A program made the position numbers and the translations under genes. The notes beneath the pieces were generated by a model. It ran no database searches. It was given only the letters and a program-made list of their open reading frames with translations, and had not been told where the DNA came from. 64,000 nucleotides of DNA. Origin: Lobosporangium transversale (Eukaryota). Shown here one piece after another: positions 1 to 12,652 of the stretch. The DNA is taken from positions 434,001-498,000 of the forward strand of contig NW_019028999.1 in assembly GCF_002105155.1 (NCBI RefSeq), given 5' to 3'. Position 1 is the stretch's first letter. Each line of letters begins with the position of its first letter.

Positions 1-1578
<1,578 letters not shown>

Positions 1579-4500
1579 GACAGTTTGTATTTTCGCCCTT
1601 GTCTTTAATCGAATAGTGACTGTGCAATTAAGTGATATGAATGGTCTTGGTTAGAAAATGTCAAGAGCCAAATACCCTCTGAAAGATATATTGATATCAA
1701 AGCTCTACGAGCTTTCACCAGCATAAAAAAATAATGTAACCACTTCGGCTCCGAATTGAATGCTCAGTCTTTTTCAATCGCATCACTCAATTTCAGCTTC
1801 AGAATTTGAGTTATCCATCCATTTCTCCAAAATGCACTGTCCACGAATGAAAGTTCTTTACCAACTATTTCTAATGAAGAAAGTCAGAATAAGTTCATAC
1901 AGTAAGAAGTGACGATAATCCCAGTCAGTAGGAATATTATGTCGAGTGCCTATGCTATCAAAATGCGCTTTGTGCTAGAGTACGCGAGACTACAGCAAAT
2001 GAGCTTGGCCTAACGAGTAAGGAAGATGATGCCTAAGGTCATCTATCACACATTGCCAATGTTATTGAATGGGGCTTTGTAAGCTTCAATAAGCGTCACA
2101 ACTCACGTGAATACTCTTAACTCACGCAAGCGCAACCGAGATTATACTTGATGCCATGATAGGGAGCCCTCAAGCTCACGCCTACAAAGCGCATTCAGAG
2201 TACTATGAAGGAAGTTAATCAATTTTCAATTATGAAAGGGCCATCCTCATCTTAACCACTGGCATCAACCTTACTGCGCTTTTATTCAGCAAAAGTTATG
2301 AAGAAGACCATTCTATGAAAGATAATTGGATAGCTCGCTATGGGCTCATTAAGGCTGGCATTATAGAAGGGGGAAGACTTTGGCCATTCAAGTTATAGCG
2401 GTTCCTGATATTATGGAGCGTTCGGCAGTGGACCATGCCGCTATTACTCTTATCGCGGTTAGCAGTACCTTTCAGTAACTACCAAAAGGTGGCCCGTTGT
2501 CTACAGTGATGTCCGCAACAATCGATATATAACTGCCTGCAATAAAAAAATCTGAAAAGAAAATTCAGAATACCAAAGAGGAAGCACAAGTGTAAAAGCC
2601 GCTTCATCTTTTACCAATAGTGAAAACTACTATGGTGTACTCCAAAAGTGTGGAGCGGGAGGTGTTTTGATCCTATCCGACCACAGGGGGATTTTTTATG
2701 TCAACCCTCTAATCAAGGTTGACATATTTGATCGATGAGATGTAAGGAAATCTTGCATCATGTTTCAGGGCGATTGTCGATTGCCCAATGGTTTATTTGT
2801 TGCTTTCATTCCTTTCCTTATTTAGGAGACAGCATGCGGTTGATGAAGGAGTTAGAGTCTTTGTCAAACCCATCTGCATAAGCACAGCCCAGAAGATACA
2901 GCACAGACACCAGAGTATCCATGCGAAGTATACTCGCTTATCATACTTATAAAGCTAAACTACCGTCATATACTTTATCGAAATTCAGGTCAGGATCTGG
3001 CGCGGCCCAAAGTCGGTATCGAGATACAGAGCCGTTAGATCTATATAGATAAACCTCGTCGGTCCACGAATTTGCTGTTGGCGGTACGGCCCTTTCGTTA
3101 GAAAATGTCTGTGCCACAGCTAGTTGAATTCTAACGGAATCCGTATACACTTTATAGTACGCGGCCCTAAGTGATATACCTCAATCTCATTAGTGATCAC
3201 ACGGAACCGTCCGGTATTGGGAAGGAGGAGAAAGAGTATAAAATGGACAAGACTTTTTGACTTTGGAAGGAGGCCCAGTGACTTAGTTTCTGAAAGAGTT
3301 ATCCTTAAGGTGAGATCACTTGGAAGGGGAAAAAGCACACTTGCAATTTTCAAGACGCCACAGAAAAACAATAGACCACGCTTCTAATTTAATTGTACAC
3401 GTGTCTCTTGTTGGTATATCCAGGAAGCTTATCCCTTCGTCCGTCACAAGGGCAAATTTGCCATAAATGGGCTTAAAATCCAGCAATCCATGGGCATTGT
3501 CTTGAAATTTTATTTCGATGTCGAAATAAATGACCGAAAACTAAATTGCCATGGAGCTATCCTGGCTTCTTTATTTGTCCAAATAAAAAACTCATGAAGA
3601 CTTTCGCATGACCCTAGCATCCGCTTGGGAGTCCATTGTGTCGTTTATTTATTGACTAGTGTAATAGCAGTGATAATATTCGCCGCCGTAGTCTCGACTT
3701 GAAAGGAGGGCAATCTGAGTTGATTCATTCTACCGCACCATGGAGCTTGACTAACTTGATCTTTTCCTGTACAGCTCGGCAAGACTTGATTTGTCACATC
3801 ATTTACTTGCTCGTCTTCTTGCGTTCCCTTGATGTATCTGGGTTGGTAAACACTGCTAGTAGAGTTTGTTGGGCCTGTTGAAACCAGAGGGAGCCACAGC
3901 AACATATCATACCCAAGGTGATACAAATATCTCTGTTGGAGTGAGTGGTGAACTGTGTGTGGTTCAGATGTAGTGGACATAAACGGCGAAAGAATGCATC
4001 GAAAGGATGTGAGCGGTTATGAGAGCAAGGAAGAAGGGGTTGGTATGCCTGTTCAAGTCTTTGGCAAGAGAGTATGAATAGCAGTTGTGATCACGAGTTG
4101 ATTTCGGTGAGTCCGCATAACAATGGTATAGTTTCTAGACCCTATCTTCCACGTACAGCATTGCATTATTGTTGTTTTCAGACCTGGCACCAATCATGCG
4201 AGGTATTTCTCTTTCTGAGGGTTCCTTGTGTTAAACAGCCAGACAGAAAGCTTAGAAGAGATACAGACACAACGGTGAAAAAAATGTATGTGAGCAAACA
4301 GTTGCTGTGTTTATTTGTTGTCTGCACATGCCTTCTTTCATCGCGGGCTTTTTTTTTATTGTTTCGCAAATCTTGTTTCCTTTTTTGTTCGTCAATCACT
4401 GTGTGCACGAATAAGCAGCTGAAGCATCTCTTTGGTTTCTGTACATGTATAAACACATTTTACATCGTGGCGTCTTTTTTTGTTCAAAACACAAGCGTTT

Positions 4501-5075
4501 TCCATTAGTGCCTCCAAACAAACTTTATTTTGGTGGCCACTCCACAATCACCCCATGGTTATAACAATCTCAAGGAAAGAAACTCAAACGCGTCGGTATT
4601 AATCTCGCTTCTGTATTGCTAGATGCATATGTTTTGGCGATTGGTATCAACTATCAAATTCACACATACACACACCAAACAACCGCCAAAAACCACCACC
4701 CTCGCTTCTGCTCTCCCTCCATCCACAAGGCGCTGCGCAATATCACCATTAACAAGGCACCGTCCAGTAAGAAAGGGTGCTTAGATAACTTTTACTCCAA
4801 GCAATAAGCGCATGCAACTACATCACTCCTATCTCCGCCATTGATGCCGGAACCTGGGAACCAACGAATATCTCTGCTTTAACGCAATAGTACTGAAGCT
4901 GTTGGAGCAAAGAGCGACATCTAAACCCATTCTCTGATAAAAAAGACTTTTTTTTTTCTTTAGTTGTTACCTTTGACAAGGATATAATCACCGAGTCATA
5001 TCTGTCACCTGTTCAAAATTATAAATCTTCTTTTATTCATTAAATTCCTCACAAAGCACAAAGCAAGGGCCAATG

Positions 5076-5338
5076 CAAACAAAAGAAACTGAAAAAAAAA
5101 AAAAAAATTGTGTAACAAAGGATCGACATCGACACTGTATGCTGTATATGGAGATGATTTTTTCGAATGCTCACTTTGGTATCTCAATGCTATTGTTTCC
5201 AATCTGCCGTTCATGCGAGAGCTTGTATTTATTTGTCGATCTCTGCTATTGACTTGGACAAAACCCCAAGCCAAACAAAGGAACTGAATAAAGATTGATG
5301 TGGCCTGTGAAGCAAAGGATCGATATCAAAACCATATG
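5076..5338 (+). repeat. Imperfect direct repeat pair (~65 bp, ~197 bp period)
   Basis: caaacaaaagaaactgaa...caaaggatcgacatcgacactgtatg (5076-5141) versus caaacaaaggaactgaa...caaaggatcgatatcaaaaccatatg (5272-5338). Confidence 0.6.
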
Positions 5339-5367
5339 AGACAATGTTAAAACTCATCATCAATCCA

Positions 5368-5381
5368 GGGTATAAAAAGGG
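5368..5381 (+). promoter_or_regulatory. Candidate TATA box of the XPG-Fanzor gene
   Basis: GGGTATAAAAAGGG (TATAAAA at 5371-5377), followed by a pyrimidine-rich leader and ACCATGG at 5611-5617. Confidence 0.45.
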
Positions 5382-5613
5382 ATCATTGTCTTCCTCCTTT
5401 TCCGCTCGCTCACTTCAAAGTTCCATCCCTTTTACCACTGCCACTTGTTCTTGTATCTTTCCTTCAATATTCTTTATCTATTCACTTTGGATCTTTAAAC
5501 CATAAAAAAGCCCATCCTTTTATACCTTTGTCGCTCTTTTTTTTTTTCTTTTTCATTTCTTTTCATCACCATCATTTTTCTTTTTTTCTTTCTCTTTCGC
5601 TTAGATATTGACC

Positions 5614-8600
5614 ATGGGGCTGAAGTCCTTCTTCAAACTGGCTGCGGATCGCGGGGTTTTACCTTCGGAAACTGACGTGGGCACTTCCTTGGCGGCAAAT
5701 CCTGACCATTCTGTTCATGTAGATCTCCTCGGTACGTTCTATTACGACATCCTCCGCAGAGTCGTCCATGCAAAGATGAAAAACGAATCCATCATTGATG
5801 TAGGAAGGTCCCTGGCTCTCGTGATAAAGGAACTTTTCATAACGGACGATCTGACTATACATATTGATGGGGAACCTTGTACTGAGAAAGAAAAGCAAGG
5901 ACAGAACGGCAAGCCATAAGACAAAAAAATATGGATGCTTTGGAGAACGATATGAGCACCTTCGAGAGAAATTCTCGGAGTGGGGTATGGACTCGTCCTC
6001 AAGTCATGAGGCGCATCCAGAAGGGTCTTCGAGAAGTCCACACCCTGAGCGTCCAGGACAAGAATCAGCTGGCAACAGGCCTTAACTCTGTCTTCGATGT
6101 CTGTCTGTGTGCATATGAAGCGGACCCATGCATAGGGTGCCATGATGAGGAGAATGATAGGATCGTGATATCCCAAGACTCTGATTTTTTTGCGTACGAA
6201 TGAGTCTGCTTCCTAGTGCGACCTCTTCCGCACCGTAGACGGAAGTTTGGGGTTTACGATGTAGACAACATTATCCAAGCACTAAGACTGCCATCACACG
6301 CGCATCTGGTGTTATTCTGTGCCATCGCAGGCAATGACTACTCAAGGAACCTCGAGACGTTAGGCCCGGTTAATAATCTTCGATTAATTCGAAACGTTGC
6401 GTGGAACGAGAACTACAATAAAATGCTTCGGGACTACCTAAGGGAAGCTAGTAAGGTGTTGGGAAGGAACGCAGCCTCTGAAGAAGGCCGTTTCAGAGTA
6501 GCTCTCCGCATTTTTACTTCCAACCATCAAACGTCGGCCCAAACGTTACCATTGAACAATGAGTTCGATAACTTCAAGCAGCGTCTACTCAATGGAAAGG
6601 ATCTTCGCCATAGAATGGCTCAGCAAAGACGAGCGCAGCGCCGCAGAACGTAAGAAAGCTCAAGCTATAGTTTTGGCCTTGAAACCATACGTCCCCAATA
6701 CTAATCGTTAGTCCCCTTCTTGGATAATGTAGAGACACACCATCATTCTATATAGCGAAAGGGTCACATAGGAACTAGTTCCGGCCCATCTTTTCTGACA
6801 AGGCGAGCATATTGAATGGGCGCACAGTTGATATCAGTAACTGCCGTCAGCACGATAGGCCGGGCCTTAAGCATCCACGTCGGAGAAAGGCAAAAAAGAA
6901 GCAACAGAAAAAACAAAAGCGGAAGCACAAATGCAAGAAGCCTCATAGGGCTAAAAAAGAAGGTGCACCAATTAGGAACTTGAAGGATGCTACGAAGGTT
7001 GATCACAGCTACAGTAGTAAGCACCTTATCAAGGCCTTAACAATTGGGTCCCTTAAGGCCTCCATGGCAAGGAAAGGCGGACTGGACGCAGATGAAAGGG
7101 ATAGTATTGCAAGCCAGATCCGAGGGGCAGTTGTTGTCCTCAACCGACTACGCCGCTATGCATACTGGGCGATTGCCTTGGACATTGAGAGGATCATGCG
7201 GTTACCAGGGGCAGCAAGGTCGAGGAAAAAGGCACTGGACGAGGTCTTGATAGTAATGATTATTCCTTCCGTCTCGCCACCCTTCTTTTAAGTGGTCAAG
7301 GTGGTCCCAATTCAGCTTACGCGAAGGCAAAAAAACAAAGAAAGGCGGTAGAAACGCCCCATTATCTCCTCGCTTATGAACATTTCAAGGCCACCACTGA
7401 ACTTTCCCCAATAAAGGAAATAGACATCACATTGGGGACGTGCAAGGCTTTGATCCCAAAAAGATCTCATTTCCAAGAGCGTCAGAGCTACTAATGGGCC
7501 AAGTACAGACATCATTAAGGCAGCACTACAGGAACGCAATGGTGTAGCTTGTGTAAGGTATTTTCATGCATATTCTGCAATCAAATGCTCTTTATTCAGA
7601 CTCTTTATTTTTTTTTATTTTTTTTTTTTTTTCTAGTTTGATGTCGAGAAAACAAACGAAGATATGAGCGACATTGGGTTTTTTTTGCGGGAGAACAAAA
7701 AAGTGAAAAAATACTCAGACTTTCCTACGTCCCCCTGGTCACCCGGGTATGTGTATCTGTCTGAACACGCCCTAGTTGACATCCTCTGGGCGAACGAAGA
7801 TACCAAGCAGCTGTTGGAGCGTATTCTGCCTCTCAACAATCCTTCCAAGACTGCAATGTTTGAATGTGTACAGGGAACAAAAGGGGTTTTGATTCAGGCT
7901 CTCTTTTGTGACATTGGAGGTGATCGCATGGTTCTTGGATAGAGACAAAGTATCCCTGCAGTCACAGGACAAAGATATAACCCGGTTCAAACTCAAAGGA
8001 ACGATTTCTACCAACGGTCTAGTTCTGAATCTACTTGCCTATGACACAACCCAGACGAAGAGACAGCAGCAGTCTGACATAGATGAAGAAGACTCCAGCC
8101 AAGAACTGGAGCTTTCTCATGGATTTCTCAACACGACGTGTTCAAAGGCAGCCGGTGAAGACCTGACAGATGAAGACTACGCAGACATAAACTGGAAGAG
8201 GAGCTCCAAACTGCTTGAAAACGTTGAGCTCACATTCAACAAACCAGGGCGATGCCCATTCGCAAACACCACAACTATCGTCGGATGCGATCCTGGTATT
8301 GTTAACGCCCTTATGTTTTCCTCCCTGGATCCTCACAACCCTAACTTGCGGCAAACGGTAAAGGTGAGAAGCAGGTTCTTGTACCTCCCCGTCCTCCGCT
8401 TCAATCACCTGTTGAACAAAAGGAAGCGTGAAAAAGGAATGATTGAGGTTGAGAACGTCATCCCTGTGTTTGGAAGGGATACGTATAATGAGTACTTTCA
8501 ATGGATGAACGAGGAGTCTCAGACACAGACAGGATCAACGAATTTGGATGTGCTTCAAGAGTTCTATGAGTCCAGATGGCACCTGAAAAAAAAATGGGAC

Positions 8601-9112
8601 CTACGAAAGGCTCAACGAGCTACGTTCGACTACGCGGTACAGCGAGTGTTGAAGATGCTTGGGGATAAAGGAGTACTTGTCGTCGGCCTATGGTCCTTTG
8701 AAAGTAGTAAAGGAGTTCCCAGCAAGCACACTGCTATAACGAGACACCTTGTAACACAGGTATGGCTTTTTTTAAAAAAGTAAGAAAAGCTGGAAAGCCA
8801 AAGAACCCTTGCTAATAAACGACTGCCATTTGAAACGCTTAGATCAAAGCACGAGGACACTTCGCTGTAGGAGCGCACGAATTTTACACCAGCGCCCGCT
8901 GTCCCCGACCCCTCTGCGATAGCTTTTTAGAGACGGTGTACCCTCGCTCTAAATATTGCCGGGCATGTAAGGCATTCTTCGACCGTGACGCAGTAGGGGC
9001 GGAAAACATCGCAAGAATCGGTCTTGCTCAAATTGAGAGGCAAGAGAGACCTGCAAAGTACAGGCTCACGGAAGAGTCGCCTGCTCCGGCTGCAAAGCGC
9101 GCACGATGCTAG
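5614..9112 (+). pseudogene. XPG/FEN1-like (PIN-fold) nuclease in line with a Fanzor1/TnpB-like RuvC RNA-guided nuclease; spliced, with frameshifts and stops
   Basis: N-terminal XPG motifs: MGLKSFF, VHVD, IDG..K, YEAD (6114-6125), SQDSD (6171-6185), GNDY (6330-6341). C-terminal motifs: TISTNG, IVGCDPG (D 8289-8291), then after GT-AG intron 8760-8842 HEFYTS (E 8879-8881), CPRPLC..CRAC and DRDAVGAENI (D 8987-8989), with stop TAG 9110-9112. Introns ~6650-6732, ~7541-7636 and 8760-8842. Frameshifts near 5890, 7250, 7370-7490 and 7930; in-frame stops at 6201-6203 and 6776-6778. Confidence 0.85.
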
Positions 9113-9300
9113 ACACAAGTATTTGGGTGCCGGCACACCCACAAAAAATTTGTAAGTTCTGTTTATTTTCGTCTCCTGTATCCTCTCTAATCTTTTGCCC
9201 CCTGAATTTCTGGACTAACTTTAAAAACCGTACAATGTTCGAAAAAGGCGGTACCACCCACATGTGCGCTATAGCCTTGCCGTCAACAATCAAGCTTTTA
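9113..9300 (+). ncRNA. Candidate Fanzor omega-RNA region (extent unknown)
   Basis: Lies directly 3' of the RuvC stop codon and contains the hairpin TTTGGGTG-CCGGCA-CACCC-ACAAA at 9122-9145. The position matches known TnpB/Fanzor loci, but there is no direct evidence of an RNA. Confidence 0.35.
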
Positions 9301-10776
9301 CTCGCCTTAGCTAGAGTATAGATGCTCATTGATCGAACAAAGAAGAACAGCTTCACAAACTTCTCATATTTGCGTGCGGAACAGAGCACAAGTTATGAGG
9401 TACCCGAGCGGTTTTGGTAAGAAAGGGATCAAGATGCGGTAGCGTCGGTGAGACGTAGAATGGACCAAGCTACGCTCAACTTTCCAATGACAGAATCTGT
9501 TGTTGTCACCAGAGAACGATCCCATTGCTCTAAGTGCCGCAGCATTTCCACAGAGCAGTGTAATACACATAATGCTATAATAATGTCAACCAGTCCAGAT
9601 TTTGCTTGCAATAATCCGAATGTTCCTCTTCAGGTTCTACAATTTGTGACACCCGAAGCATCTCGTGCAGGGTCCACGTCAATATAATTATTTCAAAATG
9701 ATCCACTGCTGCCACTGGACGGGACGATCAGCAATTGATTCCATATATATATTGATCGCCTTGCAATGATGTGATTTATGCATGTCGCGAATGGGACAGT
9801 TTTTTTTTTTTTTTTTTTTTTTTTGGAGTGTCGATGTCCGTCAATTATCTACAGACATAACCTTGAATTGAGAACAAAAAAAAAAAACCACTTCACAGTG
9901 GATGGGGTCACTCCTCCCAAACCCCCTGCTTCCTTCTTTTCCTCCTCTCTTTCTCCTGCTCCTCTTCTTCTACTACCACCACCCCCTCCTCTCTTCTTCC
10001 TCCTCAGCCTCCTTTTCTTCCTCTTCCTCTTCCCGCTCCCTTGTTGAGCCTTAAAGGCCATTCAGTCCTTTGCGTTCCATTCAACATGGCACTGCTCTAG
10101 TCGTGCTGCAACCGTGTTTATTTTAGCTGCAGCAGACAGACAAATTTCTTGAATTTCATGTTGATAAATTTTCAACACATTTGGATATGCTTTCACTCAG
10201 ACCCTCTCGTTGGCTGGTGAAAGGATGTCCCTCAGGCCAATGGCATGTAATACGGGATCAAAAAAAGAAAAGTCGCGTTTCTCTTTCAGACTGGAACACG
10301 TCGAGTCGTTTTTGTCTTGACTTTGCACGGTATAATTTTCTGTATGTTTACTCCCTTCTTTCTCTTTCTCTTATTCCAACCATCTGTCTCTTCTCTTTCC
10401 TTTTATTTCCCTTTTCCTCTTTCCTTGTCTCTCGCTTGAAGTTTTCGCTTACTCCAACCGTAACCATTGTGGAAGCGTTGACCCTGATTGAGCCCGTCTA
10501 TCTTTTCCTCTCCAATCAGCTTATTGTCCCATTCGTGCTTCAAATTTATACTTTCACACAAACACTTGAATTGTCCTTACACCATCTTCCTGTTGCTACA
10601 CACGTAAGTAATGGCCGCTGAGATGCATTTAGAAATGTACTCTTCATTAAAGACTTGGATGTGAAGCATTAATCAAATAATTGAGAGTGTACGGGGGCAT
10701 TCTTTCTGACTTTGGCAATTTCTTTCCTTTTATCCAATGACGGCATATCAATCAATTGCCCGTCTCTTTTTTCTTT

Positions 10777-10808
<32 letters not shown>

Positions 10809-11047
10809 CTTCTTTTTTCTTCCTTTTTTCTTTTTTTGACGACGCGACATCCTCTTTTCGGACCACATCCACAGATTCGTGCGCTATAAGATAGTTCTAA
10901 AAACATCCATCGACTGACATCAAGCAACGATACACTTCAACAGATTCATCTCTTCTATAGCTTCAACTACATCACATCAACGCGCGTGCTCAGTGAAAAT
11001 TAGAATCAGAGTGTTACGAGCAAGCATAACCTCGCCACATCTCATCA

Positions 11048-12605
11048 ATGTTTGCCTCGTCAACTTCATCTCAATCACCTATTCACCGATCTCTGCCGCA
11101 AGCGTATGCAGAGATCTTGAACGATCTCAACCAAAAGGTCATCGCTGCCCAGCCTCAAGATGTTCTCCAGTTCTGTGCGAATTACTTTAATAGCAAACTT
11201 GAGGAGCAGCGCGTGAGATTTTTGGCCACAGGTGAGGATAGCTATCATGCTCACATTCTATCGGTGACAAAAGAACCTATACGTATGCATATCATGTCCT
11301 ATATTTATTGTTGGCAATGAAGGTGAATGTTATCTCAAGATAGAGATATGGATGCCACTCCAACTCGGAAATACTAATTATAGTTGGAGATTTGATTCAA
11401 GAGGAATCACAGAGAATAAGATGGGCACACTGGTAAACTATGCTCCATTCGTCATCCCATTCGAATTAGCCTTGATAAAGAAAAGGGATGAATACATGAA
11501 TATGCACATTCAGACACACGCAAAAAAAAAAAAGTACTATGCTTCGGACACCTGCTCTTAATTTTGGAAGAGCTGAAAAATAAATACATAAAAACTATGA
11601 AAATAGCTATTGCAACCATGGCTTTAAACTAACTGTGCTGATTTTTATTCTCATGAATCCATCCAACATGTAGCTCGCGCTACACCCCAGCCGAATCGGG
11701 AAGGACCTCAGTTTTTGCCTCCTGTGCCCCCTCCTACGCTTTCTGTCTCTTCGCCAAATAATGGCAGTCCTGCAACATCAGAAGCATCCAGCCCTGATCA
11801 TCCAATGGGAAGTGGAAGCGGGAGTGAGAGTGACGATGAAGATCCGGATGAACCCAGTCCACTGCTGGCAATGCCTCCGAATTATATGAGAGGTCGCCGC
11901 ACCTCAGTTAGTGCCGAGAGTATGGTTCCCAACCACCAGAATTATGTCAAAGTTGTTATTCCGAAGACAGAGGAACAGCGCCGACGAATTGAAGCCTCCA
12001 TCTCTAATAACTTTTTATTCAAGAACTTGGACGAAGACCAACATGAAGATGTTGTCAATGCCATGACAGAGAAGCGCTTTCATCGTGGCGATAATGTGAT
12101 TGAACAAGGTGCAGTTGGAGACTTTTTTTATGTCGTTGAAACAGGAACACTAGACGTATTTGTGGCAAAGCACGGCAATCCAGCCGAGAAAGTATTTGAG
12201 TACGGCCCTGGAGGAAGCTTTGGAGAACTTGCTCTCATGTATAATGGACCTCGCGCAGCAACTGTTACAGCGACATCGGATGTGGTTCTTTGGGCTCTGG
12301 ATCGTATCACCTTCCGCAGGATCCTTATGGAGAACACATCAAGGAAGAGACGTATGTATGAAGCCTTCTTAGAGACAGTTCCTTTGCTCATGTCTTTGGA
12401 GCCCTATGAACGTCACAAGATTGCAGATGCTTTGGAGTCTGTATATTTTGATGATGGTCAGATTGTTGTAAAGCAAGGAGACCAAGGGACCAATTTTTTT
12501 ATTATTGAGTCAGGAGAGGCAACTGTTACGAAGTGCAACGACGAAGGTGTCGAATATGCTATGCCTGGACTTGGACCCGGTCAATATTTTGGAGGTACTA
12601 TCATA

Positions 12606-12652
<47 letters not shown>

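Larger units (their letters stand above)
5000..9300 (+). mobile_element. Putative Fanzor-carrying transposable element copy (boundaries not determined)
   Basis: Fanzor genes are typically transposon-borne. The locus lies in a ~9 kb gap with no intact host gene, between the forkhead and PKA-R genes. No TIR or TSD was found by eye, so the ends are approximate. Confidence 0.45.

Noticed and set aside
1700..2520. Coding-like + strand stretch upstream of the forkhead gene
   Set aside because: Stops in the frames examined and no recognisable motif; it cannot be supported as a gene or transposon.
2697..2726. Perfect 10-bp hairpin TATGTCAACC/GGTTGACATA
   Set aside because: Short enough to arise by chance in 64 kb, and no link to an element end could be shown.
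4560..4810. Fragment ..VLLDAYVLAIGINY.. faintly resembling the XPG GNDY region
   Set aside because: The catalytic Asp is absent and the similarity is too weak.
9788..10535. 11-bp inverted match CGAATGGGACA / TGTCCCATTCG as possible TIRs
   Set aside because: It does not flank the Fanzor gene, and the same 11-mer recurs in TUL1 coding sequence (~56202), so it is probably chance.
9778..10894. ORFs rich in poly-K, poly-F or poly-R/G
   Set aside because: They are translations of homopolymer and CT-rich promoter/UTR tracts upstream of the PKA-R gene, not proteins.
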